Assembly: GCA_963708135.1 (NCBI GenBank)
Contig: OY970192.1
Location: 2,752,001 to 2,816,000 of the forward strand
Length of the DNA stretch: 64,000 nucleotides
Direction of reading: 5' to 3'
Source: an uncultured Gemmatimonadales bacterium
Lineage (GTDB): Bacteria; Gemmatimonadota; Gemmatimonadetes; Longimicrobiales; RSA9
Part shown: piece by piece, positions 38,493-49,093 of the stretch
How the letters are laid out: each line of letters begins with the position of its first letter
How positions within the stretch are numbered: position 1 is the stretch's first letter
Notes under the pieces: generated by a model
Databases searched by the model: none
Told to the model about the DNA's origin: nothing
What the model saw: only the letters and a program-made list of their open reading frames with translations
Program-made: the position numbers and the translations under genes

Positions 38493-41400
38493 CGCCTACG
38501 GGTGAAGTCGAGGGCGCCGGTCCGCGTTCTCGTCGTGAACGAGAGCGCGAGCGTCCTCGGGGCCGGCTGGTCACTCGCCGGAGTTCAGCGCATCTACGCA
38601 CAGGCGGACGGCTCCGCGCTCATCGTGGATGGCGACGGCGCCGCCGAGTACTTCGCGCGCGGGTCCTGCTCCGCCACGTGTACCTACACACCGCCGCCGG
38701 GGGATTTCACAACACTGACGGGGGGGAACGGCAGCTCCTACACACGGACCGCCCCCGACGGCACCACCGCCAGCTATGATTCCAACGGCCGCCTGACGTC
38801 GGTGGCCGACCGGTTCGGAAACCAGACCATGCTCACATGGAACGGTACGACCGGAACGCTCACCTCGACGACCGATCCCGCCGGCAAGAGCATCACCTTT
38901 GCGTACACCGGCAGCGGCTCGAGCTTGCGCCTTGCCTCGATCTCGGACGCCGGCAGTCCGGCGCGCACCGCCACGGTCGCGATCGATCCGACCGCCTGGA
39001 ACATGACGGCAATTCAGGATGCCGACGGCGTGAACGCGCTTCAGGCGACGTATGATTCCACCCACCGCATGCTGCACCGGACCGACCGCCGCGGCGGTGG
39101 CTGGGGGTTCGCCTACGATGGTAGCGGTAAGATGGCCGCGGACACGGCTCCAGCGGTCGCCGTCAACGGTACGAACGTGCGGCCGGTCACGACCTTCGTC
39201 TCCGCGCTCAGTGCAGCCCTTCCCCCGGCCGGGACCGGCACGAGCTCGAGTCCCGCGCCACGCCGGGTCCCCGCGAATCTACGCGCGACCATCACGAACC
39301 CGCGCGGCTACGCCACGAGTTACGCGCTCGACCGCTTCGGAGCTCCAACACGGATCGAGGAGCCGCTCGGGCGCACGACGCAGCTCGCGCGCAATGCCGC
39401 GTCCCAGGTGACCCGGACGGTTGCGCCGTCTGGACACACGGTGAATTACACCTGGTCGGGCGCCGACCTTACTCAGGTCGCGGATGCGACGACCGGGCGC
39501 ACGATCCACGTCAGCTACACGTCGAGCTATCATGACGTCCAGCACGTCTACGGCAATACCCTGGAGGTCACGAGCTTCTTCGCCGCCTCGGGCAAGACGG
39601 TGGACAGCACGCGCGTGGGTCCCACGGGCACCAAGGCCTCGGTCGACAGCGCCTACGACAGCCGCGGGCGACCTCGTGGTCATCGATCCCGCCGGCCACC
39701 GCAGCGCGTTCACCTACGCCGCGACGGGGTTCCAGAACATGCAGCAGGGGACGATCGGTGCTCGGGTGACCAGCTACACGCCGGACGCCTATGGCCGGAT
39801 CTCGCAGCTCACCGCGCCCGACGGCGCTGTCACGACCCTCGCCTACGACGCGCTGAACCGCGTCAGCCGCAGGGTCGGCCTGACGTTCAACGACACCACG
39901 ACCTACAGCTACGACAACCTCTACCTCACCAAGGTGCGCGATGCCGCTGCGGATAGCGTGCTCTACGGCGCGAACGCCCTCGGCTGGGTGACCAGCCGGA
40001 CCGATCCGACCGGCCATGTCTCGAGCTATGGCTACGACAAGAACGGCAACCGCACCACGGCCGTGAACCGGCGGGGCCAGAGCGTGAGCTTCACCTACGA
40101 CGCGCTGGACGACCTCACGACCCGCGTGGCGGACGGGAGGACGAGCACCTTCGCGACGGACCCGCTCGGCGGCTTCGTCGCCGCGTCCAACGCGGAAAGC
40201 ACGGACACGATCTACTTCGACCCTGCCGGCCGGCCCGCGACGGCGGCCACCTGGCGCGGGGGGACACGCTACGTGCTGGCGTCGCTCTACAACAATCTCG
40301 AGGGGGTGCGGTACACGCTGAAGATGACCGCCCCGTTCACCCGGCAGATCGTCTACGGCTACGATGTGAACGAACAGCTCGACAGCCTCGTGGACCTGGC
40401 GGGAGGGCTGACCACGGTGGGCTACAACGCGGAGCTGCTGGCGGACACGTACACGCTGCCGAACGGGCTCGTAGTGACGAGGAGCTTCCCCTCCACGCAC
40501 GAGACGGCGCAGGTCACCTACAGCAACACCACCGTGAACGGCGCGCTGGGCCTCGAGCTGGGCTACAACACGGCGGGGCAGGTGGACCGGCACATGAACG
40601 TGGCGGAGGACAGCGTCCGCGCGTTCCTCCACGACAGGCTGGGCCGCCTGGCCCAGCTCAGCGACAGCGCCTACACCAGCATGACGTGCAACTTCAGCAA
40701 CGACACCGGGTTCAACAACTGCACCGGCGGCGGCGTGACGTGGAAGGGGACGACCTCGTACGCCTACGACAAGGTCGGCAACCGCACGGATTCCGGCGCG
40801 AGCGTGCAGGTGGGCGACCGCCTCACCGCCTTCGATGGCTACACGCTCGGCTACGACGCCGACGGGAACCTGACGTCGAAGAGCGGCAACGGCGTAAGCC
40901 AGACCCTCTACTGGAACAGCCTGGGCCAGCTCGACAGCGTGAACGCGAACGGCACCATGGTGAGGTTCGGCTACGACGGCCTCGGGCGGCGGGTGCGCAA
41001 GACGGTGGGCAGCACCACGACCACCGCGGTCTACGATGGGGTGAACCTGTTCATGGAGCTGGACGGCTCGGGGCAGCCGCTGCGCGAGTACACGTACTAT
41101 CCGGGCGTGGACCGGCCGCACAGCATGGTCTCCGGCGGTGCGGTGTACTACTATGCGACGGACTTCCCGGGCAACGTGCTCGGGCTGGTCAGCTCGACGA
41201 ACTCGGTGGTGAACCAGTACCGCTACAAGCCCTTCGGCAAATCGGAGCTCGCGAGCGAGGGCGTCACCAATCCGCTGCACTACGCCGCGCGCTATCTGGA
41301 CACGGAGACCGGGCTCTACTACGACCGGGCGAGGTACTACGACCCGAGTCTGGCGCGGTTCGTGAGCCAGGATCCGATCGGGCTGGCGGGCGGGATCAAC

Positions 41401-42008
41401 CCGTATGCGTACGTGGGGAACGATCCGGTGGATGCGCGCGATCCGTTCGGCGCCTGCAAGAATGGGGTTCCGACCTTCAAGTTTTCTGACGGAGGCGTCG
41501 AGATTGACGACTGCCGGCATGCACCGCCCGAGTCCTCCGCTGGACCGCCTGGTATTGGCGCACCGCGGCGTCCGGGCGGCGGAAGTACGCAGAGTCCTTG
41601 TCCGAACTGTGGGGGCGGAGACAACAAAGGGTCCCAAGCACCGACAGCGGGCCGAGCCCGACCAACCAGTGCATTGCTGACGTCGCACAACTCGGCATCA
41701 ACTTCGCCTTCACAGCGGGCGGCCTGACCATACTGACTTTTGAACGGAGTTTGTGGGCGTATCTTGGTGCAGAGACGGCATCTGAAGCGTTGCCGTTCGG
41801 TGCGCGAGCGACTGGTCTTGCCCCGGCTGTGTTCGCACGTACATACGTTCGCTCGGTGCTGCTCGGCGGGAGCAGCTTGGCAGCCGATTACGGTTGGTCG
41901 CGGGGCATGACGATCGCATACAGCGTTGCCAAGGCTACGCCGATAGTCAATCTCGCAGTCGATGCCGCCGAGACGACTACATCGTGCCTTATGAATAGCG
42001 GACACTAA
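38493..42008 (+). pseudogene. Rhs/YD-repeat toxin 3, 5'-truncated; frameshifts near 39667 and probably near 41630
   Basis: VLVVN...GAGWSLAGV matches Rhs1 LVVVN...GAGWSVAGV; core RARYYDPSLARFVSQDPIGLAGGINPYAYVGNDPVDARDPFG; tip probably continues in ORF 41598..42008. Confidence 0.85.
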
Positions 42009-42027
42009 GGTAACAAAGGATGCGCTC

Positions 42028-42402
42028 GTGACTGAACGGCGTAGCCGGCTGTCGCTTCTTCTCGTCTTCCTGACGGTCGGTGGCATTGTGGGCGTTATCT
42101 ATTGGATTGCTCTGAAAGCGCAACCTGAGCACGCAGTCAGCAACTGGAGTGAGTTCCTCGAGCTTGTCCTAATGGGTTTAGCTGGAGGAGGTACTCTTTA
42201 CTTCGTCCTACCAATTCGGCGGAAGCGTGGCCCGATTTGGCCTTGTGTGGCCTGGACTGCGGTTTTCATTGTTGCTTTTGCCGTGCTTGGAATTCCTGAC
42301 ATTGCCGCCTCGCCACGGCTCGACACTGCGGCCCCGTATTTGATTTTTGCGTTAATGGCCGGGTTATCGATCGGGCTTACGGACTTCTACCTGCACCAGT
42401 AG
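42028..42402 (+). CDS. 4-TM membrane protein, candidate immunity for Rhs3
   Basis: Four hydrophobic segments, low GC, AAAGGA RBS, directly after the Rhs3 tip. Confidence 0.65.
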   Translation: MTERRSRLSLLLVFLTVGGIVGVIYWIALKAQPEHAVSNWSEFLELVLMGLAGGGTLYFVLPIRRKRGPIWPCVAWTAVFIVAFAVLGIPDIAASPRLDTAAPYLIFALMAGLSIGLTDFYLHQ

Positions 42403-42489
42403 CACGCGCCCACATGGTTCAGTGTGGCGTGCAGCGCAAGCACGACCGCAAGCATCAGAAACATCGATATGGATTCAGCTTCTTGACCG

Positions 42490-42528
42490 GGAGGGGCTGG
42501 CTCAGCAGAGAGCCAGCCCCTCCTTTTC
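42490..42528 (+). terminator. Rho-independent terminator
   Basis: GGAGGGGCTGGCTC / GAGCCAGCCCCTCC 14-bp stem followed by TTTT. Confidence 0.75.
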
Positions 42529-42545
42529 TCTGTTGTCCGCGTGAG

Positions 42546-42749
42546 CTACGCTCCAGTCCCCGGCCAGTCGTTCTCCGGTGCCAGGCCGCACCGGAACGGC
42601 ATTTCGGAGAGGGTGCCGATCACGTGGTGCAGAGCGGCGACCCACTCGTCGGCGACGCTGGTCGGCCACACGTTGGCGCGCAGGTACGCGTGGGTCTCGA
42701 CGATGTTCGCCCTCGCCTCGTTCTCGATGACGACCTCGTAGTTCTGCAA
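42546..42749 (-). pseudogene. RelE/ParE family toxin, truncated (67 aa)
   Basis: YEVVIENEARANI.E...YL......A..W...L...I.TLSEMPFRCGLAPE; C-terminal strands missing. Confidence 0.75.
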
Positions 42750-43044
42750 CTACTCGACCGGCTCGCCGACTCCGAGCTGCGCGAAGCGAAGCGAACGCCT
42801 CGTCCAGCGGCTGGCCACGCCCTTGGCGCATGGAGTCGAGGCCGCGGTGGATGCCGAGAAGCGCCTCCGCGCGGTCAAGGCGGTCGAGGAGGCCCTGGTA
42901 CGCCTTGGCGTCCTGAACGGCCAGCTCCGGGACGCCATGGACCGTCAACACCTCGGGAAGGCCGGTCTCCTTCAGCCGCTCCGCGAAGACCTTGGCGTTG
43001 CGCTGGAAGTCGGTGAGCGAGTGGATCTCGTGGGTCTTCATCAT
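42750..43044 (-). CDS. Phd/YefM family antitoxin (frame slip near 42782)
   Basis: IHSLTDFQRN.......LKETG.P.VLTV.G..ELAVQDA.AYQ; the alternative frame ends QLGVGEPVE* next to the toxin start. Confidence 0.82.
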
Positions 43045-43104
43045 GCTCCAAGGGGTTCGGCCCCGGCACGAAGCACCGGCTCCACGAAGACCTCCATCAC
43101 CCCG

Positions 43105-43540
43105 TGTAGGAGGGCCGGCGCGCACCGCGCCAGCCGGCCCTCCCCTGGTGTTGATTCCCCCAACCTACCGCGGCGGTTCCATCGTGTACAGCCGCCGCTC
43201 CTTCGCGAGCGCGAACATGAGGCGCGTCGCCTTCCGCGCGATCGCGACCAGCACCTTCTTCTTCGGCGTGTTCGGGTTCCTCTGGAGCGCCCGCTCGTAG
43301 TCCGCCCGCGTGCTTCCTCTTGCCTGCGTCGACTCCGGCGACGGCGACGCCGCGCTGGGCCCGGCGGCGCTTCTCGAAACGGCTCATGGTCTCGCTCCTG
43401 TTGAAGGCCCAGAGCCGTACCGAGGGCCGCACCGATGGCGGAATCGCGCTCTATGGGGCCCTGAGCGGCTCCTGCCGGGACTGAGGCCGAACCCGGAAGC
43501 GTATCACCGCCGGGATCGAGCGCGGAATCCGGCTGGATAG
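43105..43540 (-). mobile_element. Internally deleted IS110-family element (boundaries tentative)
   Basis: ATG 43387 MSRFEKRRRAQRGVAVAGVDAGKRKHA (RuvC-like first Asp) joined near 43306 to ADYERA...KKKVLVAIARKATRLMFALAK...* (stop 43165); CAGGAG RBS. Confidence 0.75.
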
Positions 43541-43860
43541 AAGGCGGTCGAGCGCACCTGAGGCGATGGAGCTGCGGGGGGTATGCTGAAGGGTTTGGGT
43601 GTTCGGGACGGGGTCAGGACGGGTGACTGAGACGCTCGCGGCGTGCGCGGGTCCGACCGGTAACCTCGGGCGCGCGGGCCGAGCGTGTCCCGGCGCGGCG
43701 GATCTCGGTTCGCGCCGGGATCGTCGCCGCGCACGGGGACGGGAGGGACGCGGCGAGGCCGGCCGCGGTCCCCCACTCCCCCACTCCCCCACTCTCGTCA
43801 TCCCGCCGCCGCGCTGCGGAGGCGGCCCGCGCCGGCCGCGAACCGCGACGCTGACGCTAC

Positions 43861-45714
43861 CTACAGATCGCCCGCGGACACCTGGACGCTCGACGCGGGG
43901 CTCTCCGCCCCGGCGTCCGGGTCCTCGCCCGGGTTGATGAAGCGGTTGCGCTCGAGGCGGTACTGCTTGTCGTAGAGGCGGCGGTAGAGGCCGCCGCGCT
44001 CGAGCAGCTCGTCGTGGCTGCCGCTCTCCACGATGCGGCCGTCGTCCATGACCAGGATCTGGTCGGCGCTCATGATGGTGGAGAGGCGGTGCGCGATGAC
44101 GAAGGTCGTGCGCCCCTGGCGCAGCCGGCGCAGCCCGTCCTGGATGAGCGACTCGCTCTCGCTGTCGAGCGAGGAGGTGGCCTCGTCGAGGATCAGGAGG
44201 CGGGGATTGGCGAGCACCGCCCGCGCGATGGCCACGCGCTGCCGCTGGCCGCCGGAAAGCCGCACGCCTCGCTCGCCGACCACGGTGTCGTAGCCCTTCT
44301 CGAAGCGCTCGATGAACTCGTCGCAGTGGGCGAGGCGGCTGGCGGCGCGGATCTCCGCGTGGCTGGCGCCGGGGCTCGCGAAGGCGATGTTCTCGCCCAC
44401 GGTCCCGTCGAAGAGGAAGTTGTCCTGCATGACCACGCCGAGGTGCCGGCGGAAGTCGGCCATGCGCAGCTCGGCCAGGTCGCCGCCATCGACCAGGACC
44501 CGCCCGCGCAGCGGGTGGTTGAACGCCATGACCAGGCTGATGAGCGTGCTCTTGCCGGAGCCGCTCGGGCCCACGAGCGCGGTGGTCGTGCCGGCGGGCG
44601 CGTGGAAGGAGACGTCGCGGAGCACGGGCACGCCCGGGTCGTACTCGAAGGTGACGCGGTCGAAGGCGACGTCGCCCTGCAGGTCCTCGAGCGCGAGCCG
44701 GCCGCGGTCCTCGTCGCCTTCCGTCTTCATGTCCCGGAGCTCGCGGATGCGGTCGAGGCCCGCGAACGCGTCCGTGATCTGGGTGCCGATCGAGGAGATC
44801 TGCACCAGCGGCGCGACCATGAGCCCCTCGAAGAAGACGTAGCGCACGAGGTCGCCGAGGGTCATGGTCCCGCCCAGCACGGCGCGGCCGCCCACGATGA
44901 TGAGCACCACGCCGTTGATCCCCACGATCACGGTCGAGATCGCGGACACCGCGGAGGTGCCGGTGATCGTGCGCGCGACGTTGCGGAAGAGGCGGTGCAC
45001 GCCGTGCGCGAAGACGCGGTCCTCGCGCCGCTCCGCCACGTACGCCTTGAGCACGCGGATCCCGCCCAGCGCCTGCGAGAGCCGCCCCGTCACCTCGGCG
45101 TTGATCTGCCCGCGCTCGCGGAACATCGGCCGCAGCCGCTTGAACGTGTAGGAGGTGATCACCGCGAAGATGCCGAGCAGCACCAGCGTGAAAGCGGTCA
45201 GCTTCCAGTTGAGCCAGAAGAGCACGCCCATGGCGATGACGGCCGTGACCACGCCGCCGGTCAGCTGCACGAGGCCGGTGCCCACCAGGTTCCGGATCCC
45301 CTCCGCGTCCGTCATGATCCGGGAGATCAGGATGCCGGTCTGCGTCTTGTCGAAGTAGCGGATGGGCAGCCGCAGCACGTGCGCCTCCACGCGCTTGCGC
45401 ATGTTGGCGATCGCCCGCTGCCCCGCCACGCTCACCACCTGCGAGAGCACGAAGCCCGTGAGCCCCTGCACGACCGTGGCGCCGCCCACGATGAGCGCGA
45501 CCGGCACCAGCATGTCCGCGCGGCTCTTGCCGATGATCGTGTCGATCACGTAGCCCGAGCTGTAGGGCAGCACCAGCCCCGACAGCCGGTTCACCACCAT
45601 GACGAGGAGCCCCAGCACCATCGAGCGCCGGTGCTCGTAGATCAGCTCGCGCGCCTCCGGCCAGGCCCGCCTGTAGTCGACCTTCTTCTTCCCGTTCCGC
45701 TTCTCGTCCGCCAT
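43861..45714 (-). CDS. ABC exporter, fused permease/ATPase (MsbA-like)
   Basis: GPSGSGKS, VGERGVRLSGGQRQR, ILDEATSSLD, IAHRLSTI. Confidence 0.95.
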   Translation of the reverse strand: MADEKRNGKKKVDYRRAWPEARELIYEHRRSMVLGLLVMVVNRLSGLVLPYSSGYVIDTIIGKSRADMLVPVALIVGGATVVQGLTGFVLSQVVSVAGQRAIANMRKRVEAHVLRLPIRYFDKTQTGILISRIMTDAEGIRNLVGTGLVQLTGGVVTAVIAMGVLFWLNWKLTAFTLVLLGIFAVITSYTFKRLRPMFRERGQINAEVTGRLSQALGGIRVLKAYVAERREDRVFAHGVHRLFRNVARTITGTSAVSAISTVIVGINGVVLIIVGGRAVLGGTMTLGDLVRYVFFEGLMVAPLVQISSIGTQITDAFAGLDRIRELRDMKTEGDEDRGRLALEDLQGDVAFDRVTFEYDPGVPVLRDVSFHAPAGTTTALVGPSGSGKSTLISLVMAFNHPLRGRVLVDGGDLAELRMADFRRHLGVVMQDNFLFDGTVGENIAFASPGASHAEIRAASRLAHCDEFIERFEKGYDTVVGERGVRLSGGQRQRVAIARAVLANPRLLILDEATSSLDSESESLIQDGLRRLRQGRTTFVIAHRLSTIMSADQILVMDDGRIVESGSHDELLERGGLYRRLYDKQYRLERNRFINPGEDPDAGAESPASSVQVSAGDL

Positions 45715-45788
45715 GCGCCCGGCCGGTTGCTGGTTGGGGGGGTGGAACCCGCCTGTCTACCCCCGCCGGCGCGCGCGGGTCCTGGGAA

Positions 45789-46562
45789 TCAGCTCTCCCG
45801 GTGCACGACGAACACGTTCCGCTGCGCCGTTGGCAGGACGACGACGTCCGCGATGTTGACGTGCGGCGGCCGGGCCGCCACGAAGACCACGATGTCGGCG
45901 ATGTCGTCGCCGGTGAGCGTCTCCAGGCCCTTGTAGACGGACCGGGCGCGCTCCTCGTCGCCGTGGAAGCGCACGACGCTGAAGTCCGTTTCCACCAGCC
46001 CCGGGGACACGCTGCTGACGCGCACGGGGGTGCCCGCCAGGTCGAGGCTCATTCCCTCCGTCAGGGCGCGCACGGCGTACTTGGTGGCGGCGTAGACGTT
46101 GCCGCGGGGGTAGGTCATGTGCCCCGCCGTGCTGCCGATATTGATCACGTGGCCGCGGCCCGCTTCGACCATGTGCGGCAGCACGGCGCGCGTGACGTTG
46201 AGGAGCCCCTTCACGTTCGTGTCGATCATGCGGTCCCAGTCCTCGGGGTCGCCCTCGTGGAGCAGGTCGAAGCCGGCGGCGAGCCCGGCGTTGTTCAGGA
46301 GCACGTCGGGCACGCCGGCCTCCGCGACGAGGCGCTCCACGGCGCCGGCGACCTGCTCGCGGTCGCGGACATCGACGCGGGCGAGGAACACGCTGGCGCG
46401 ATCGTCGCCTACCACATCCGCGGCCAGCGCCTCGAGGCGGTCCAGCCGGCGGGCCCAGAGCGCGAGTCGCGCGCCCTCCGCGGCGAAGTGCCGCGCGCAC
46501 GCCATGCCGATGCCCGAGCTGGCGCCCGTGATCAGGATGAGCTTCCCTTCGATCCTGTTCAT
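45789..46562 (-). CDS. SDR oxidoreductase (YdfG-like)
   Basis: TGASSGIG, NNAGLA, YAATK, PGLVETDFSVVRF.GD. Confidence 0.92.
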   Translation of the reverse strand: MNRIEGKLILITGASSGIGMACARHFAAEGARLALWARRLDRLEALAADVVGDDRASVFLARVDVRDREQVAGAVERLVAEAGVPDVLLNNAGLAAGFDLLHEGDPEDWDRMIDTNVKGLLNVTRAVLPHMVEAGRGHVINIGSTAGHMTYPRGNVYAATKYAVRALTEGMSLDLAGTPVRVSSVSPGLVETDFSVVRFHGDEERARSVYKGLETLTGDDIADIVVFVAARPPHVNIADVVVLPTAQRNVFVVHRES

Positions 46563-46627
46563 GTCGAGATTCCCCGGGCGGACGTCCGCCCGTTCCGGTG
46601 GATGCGTGGGGGTCGAACGGAGACAGC

Positions 46628-47677
46628 ATGAGCGCCAGAACCCGACATCGCAAGCTCCCGCGGCCGCGCCTGCGAGTCGTGGTCCTCCTCGCCGTCGTGG
46701 CCGTCGGCATCATCCTGCTCGGCGGCGCGCTCGACACGCTGCTCCAGGCGCGGATCGGGGAGGCGGAGTTCCCGCCCGGCGGGCTGTTCCTGCGCCTGGA
46801 CGGCACGAGCATCCACTACATCGACCGCGGCGCCGGCCGGCCCGTGGTCATGCTGCACGGCAACCCCGGCTTCCTCACGGACTTCTCCGCGCTCGTCCCG
46901 CGCCTGGAGGAGGATGCGCGCGTGGTGGCCCTCGACCGGCCCGGCCACGGCTACAGCGCGCGGCCGCACGCCTACATGAGCCTCGCCGCGCAGGCCGCGC
47001 TGCTGCACGACTTCCTCCGCCGCATCCACGCGCGCCGCCCCGTCCTCGTCGGCCACTCCTGGGGCGCCATCCTCGCCCTGGTCTACGCGCTCCGCTATCC
47101 AGGCGACGTTTCCGCCCTCGTGCTGCTCGCGCCCGCGGCCTACCCCTACCCGGAGACCCCCTGGTTCCGGCTGCTGCGCAGGCCCGTGGTCGGCACGGTG
47201 CTCCGCGACGCCGTCTTCCTGCCGCTCACCCGCCACCTGGCCGGCGCCGCCGCCGCACGCGCCTACGCGCCGAACCCGGTGCCGGGGCGCGCCGAGCGCC
47301 TGGCCTCCACGCTCGCGCTCCGCCCCAGCGATGTGCTCGCAACCGCCGAGGACGACGCCGCGGCCTCGCGGGAGCTCGGCCGCTACGTCCCGCGCTACGC
47401 CAGCATTCGCGTCCCCGTCGTGATCGCCCAGGGTGACGGCGACCTGGTGGTGGACGACGCGGAGCGGCTGCACGACGCCATCCCCGGCTCCGTGCTCATG
47501 CGGCTCCCCGAGACCGGGCACGAGATCCCGGAGGCGCGGCCGGACGTGGCGGCCACGGCCGTCGAAAAGGCGTGGCGGATGCGCTCAGCTCCGCCGGCGA
47601 TTGCGGGCGGCCAGGACCCACGGCGCCCCCGGGCCAGGCGGGCTTGTGCTGTTTGCGCGATTGTGTATTATACGTGC
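46628..47677 (+). CDS. Alpha/beta hydrolase; no stop codon before the downstream antitoxin
   Basis: [19 protein letters not shown] nucleophile elbow, GDGD, TGHEIPE; end coordinate is nominal. Confidence 0.8.
47644..47677 (+). promoter_or_regulatory. Leaderless promoter of TA module 1
   Basis: TTGTGC N16 TATTAT then 6 nt to ATG 47678; no SD sequence. Confidence 0.6.
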
Positions 47678-47938
47678 ATGGAGCACCGCCTGTCGGCTAC
47701 CGACCTCGCCCGCAACGCCGGCGACATCCTCGGCCGCATCCGCTACCGCGGGGAGTCCTTCGTGATCGAGCGCAACGGAGAGCCCGTCGCGCGCATCGGG
47801 CCGCTGGGGACGCGGCCCGCCGCGCTCGCCTCCCTGGCGCGGGCGTGGGCGGAGGCGACGGCGGATTCCTTGTTCGCGGCGGACCTGGAGCGCGTCGCGG
47901 CGGAGGACCGGGCGGCCGAGCGCGCGTGGGACTCCTGA
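47678..47938 (+). CDS. Phd/YefM-type antitoxin
   Basis: [35 protein letters not shown]. Confidence 0.85.
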   Translation: MEHRLSATDLARNAGDILGRIRYRGESFVIERNGEPVARIGPLGTRPAALASLARAWAEATADSLFAADLERVAAEDRAAERAWDS

Positions 47939-48339
47939 TCGACACGAGCGCCCTGGTGGCGCTCGAGCGCGCCGGGGGCCGGTGGGAGGAGGCGCTCGGG
48001 GACCTGGCGGACGAGCCCGTCGCGATTCCGGCGGTCGTCCACGCCGAGCTGCTGGCCGGCGTCGAGCTGGCCGACACGCCCGTGCGGGCGGCGGCGCGGC
48101 GGGCAAAGGTGGAGGCGATCGCCAACCTGGCGCCCGTCGTTGAATTCGGCGCCGAGGCGGCGCAGCGGTGGGCCGCGGCGTTCGCGCACCTGCACCGCGC
48201 GGGCGGAATGATCCGCGCCAACGATCTGGCGGTGGCGGCCACCGCGCTGCACCTCGGCTTCGGCGTGCTGGTCGGCCCGGCGGACGAGCACCACTTCCGG
48301 CGGATCCCCGATCTGCGGGTCGAGGTTCTGCGCGCCTGA
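47926..48339 (+). CDS. vapC: VapC-type PIN-domain toxin
   Basis: [29 protein letters not shown]; overlaps the antitoxin. Confidence 0.88.
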   Translation: MGLLIDTSALVALERAGGRWEEALGDLADEPVAIPAVVHAELLAGVELADTPVRAAARRAKVEAIANLAPVVEFGAEAAQRWAAAFAHLHRAGGMIRANDLAVAATALHLGFGVLVGPADEHHFRRIPDLRVEVLRA

Positions 48340-48384
48340 GTCCTCGGCCGCCTTGCTGCCGTCCCCCACGCCGCACCCGGCGAG

Positions 48385-48784
48385 CTACAGGGCCACCCGG
48401 CTCACGCCGGCCACGGCATCGAAGCCGGTATCGAAGGTGAGGATCCGGCCCACCTCGCGGCGGCGCATGATGGCCACGTGGAGGGCGTCGCGGGCGGAGA
48501 GGTCGGGGAGCCCATCAAGGATCTTCTTGGCCTGCTCGACGTCCTCCCGCTCGACCGGGAACACCTCGTCGGCAACGCCGAGCAGCGCGTCCATGGCGGG
48601 CTGGATCGCGTCGCGCCTCCGGATGGCGGTGTAGCGGTGCAGGATCTCTTGCAGGACCTCGGCGCTCGTCACGAGCCGCTCGCCCGCGCCGATCGCACGC
48701 TCGAGCGAGATGACGCGCCGCCGCCTTGTGCGGGTGCGGCGCGCCCACCAGGTATATCGGGATGTTGGAGTCAACGAAGACCAT
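48385..48784 (-). CDS. vapC: VapC-type PIN-domain toxin 2 (frameshift near 48715)
   Basis: MVFVDSNIPIYLVG in one frame; TSAEVLQEILHRY...SARDALHVAIM...ILTFDTGFD in another. Confidence 0.82.
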
Positions 48785-48789
48785 CGCCC

Positions 48790-49044
48790 TCAGGACCCGC
48801 CGTCCATGTAGCCCCGCTCGACCTCCTTCAGCATCTGATCAATGTCCGCCGTCGGAAACCGATGCGCCTCCGCCGCACGCACGGCCGCCAGCTTCCGCCC
48901 CGCCTCCACCGACGGCTCCTCCCGCCGCGCGCGCCGGAGCGACTGCCGCACCCACTCCGATACGGTGAGGCGATGCCGCCGCGCCACCCGCTCGATCTCG
49001 CGGTACTCCTTGTCGTCCAGAACCACCTGCAGCCGCTTACTCAT
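48790..49044 (-). CDS. Ribbon-helix-helix (CopG-like) antitoxin
   Basis: [16 protein letters not shown]...A......[18 protein letters not shown]; upstream of the PIN gene. Confidence 0.82.
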   Translation of the reverse strand: MSKRLQVVLDDKEYREIERVARRHRLTVSEWVRQSLRRARREEPSVEAGRKLAAVRAAEAHRFPTADIDQMLKEVERGYMDGGS

Positions 49045-49079
49045 GTCAGTAGTATGATCGATGTAGCACCCGCAGTCAA
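49045..49079 (-). promoter_or_regulatory. Leaderless promoter of TA module 2
   Basis: Minus strand TTGACT N17 CATACT then 6 nt to ATG 49044. Confidence 0.7.
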
Positions 49080-49093
49080 TCCCGCATCCCGCG

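Noticed and set aside
25140..43550. Prophage or integrase-bounded island with direct att repeats
   Set aside because: No integrase, phage structural gene, tRNA or clear direct repeat found by eye.
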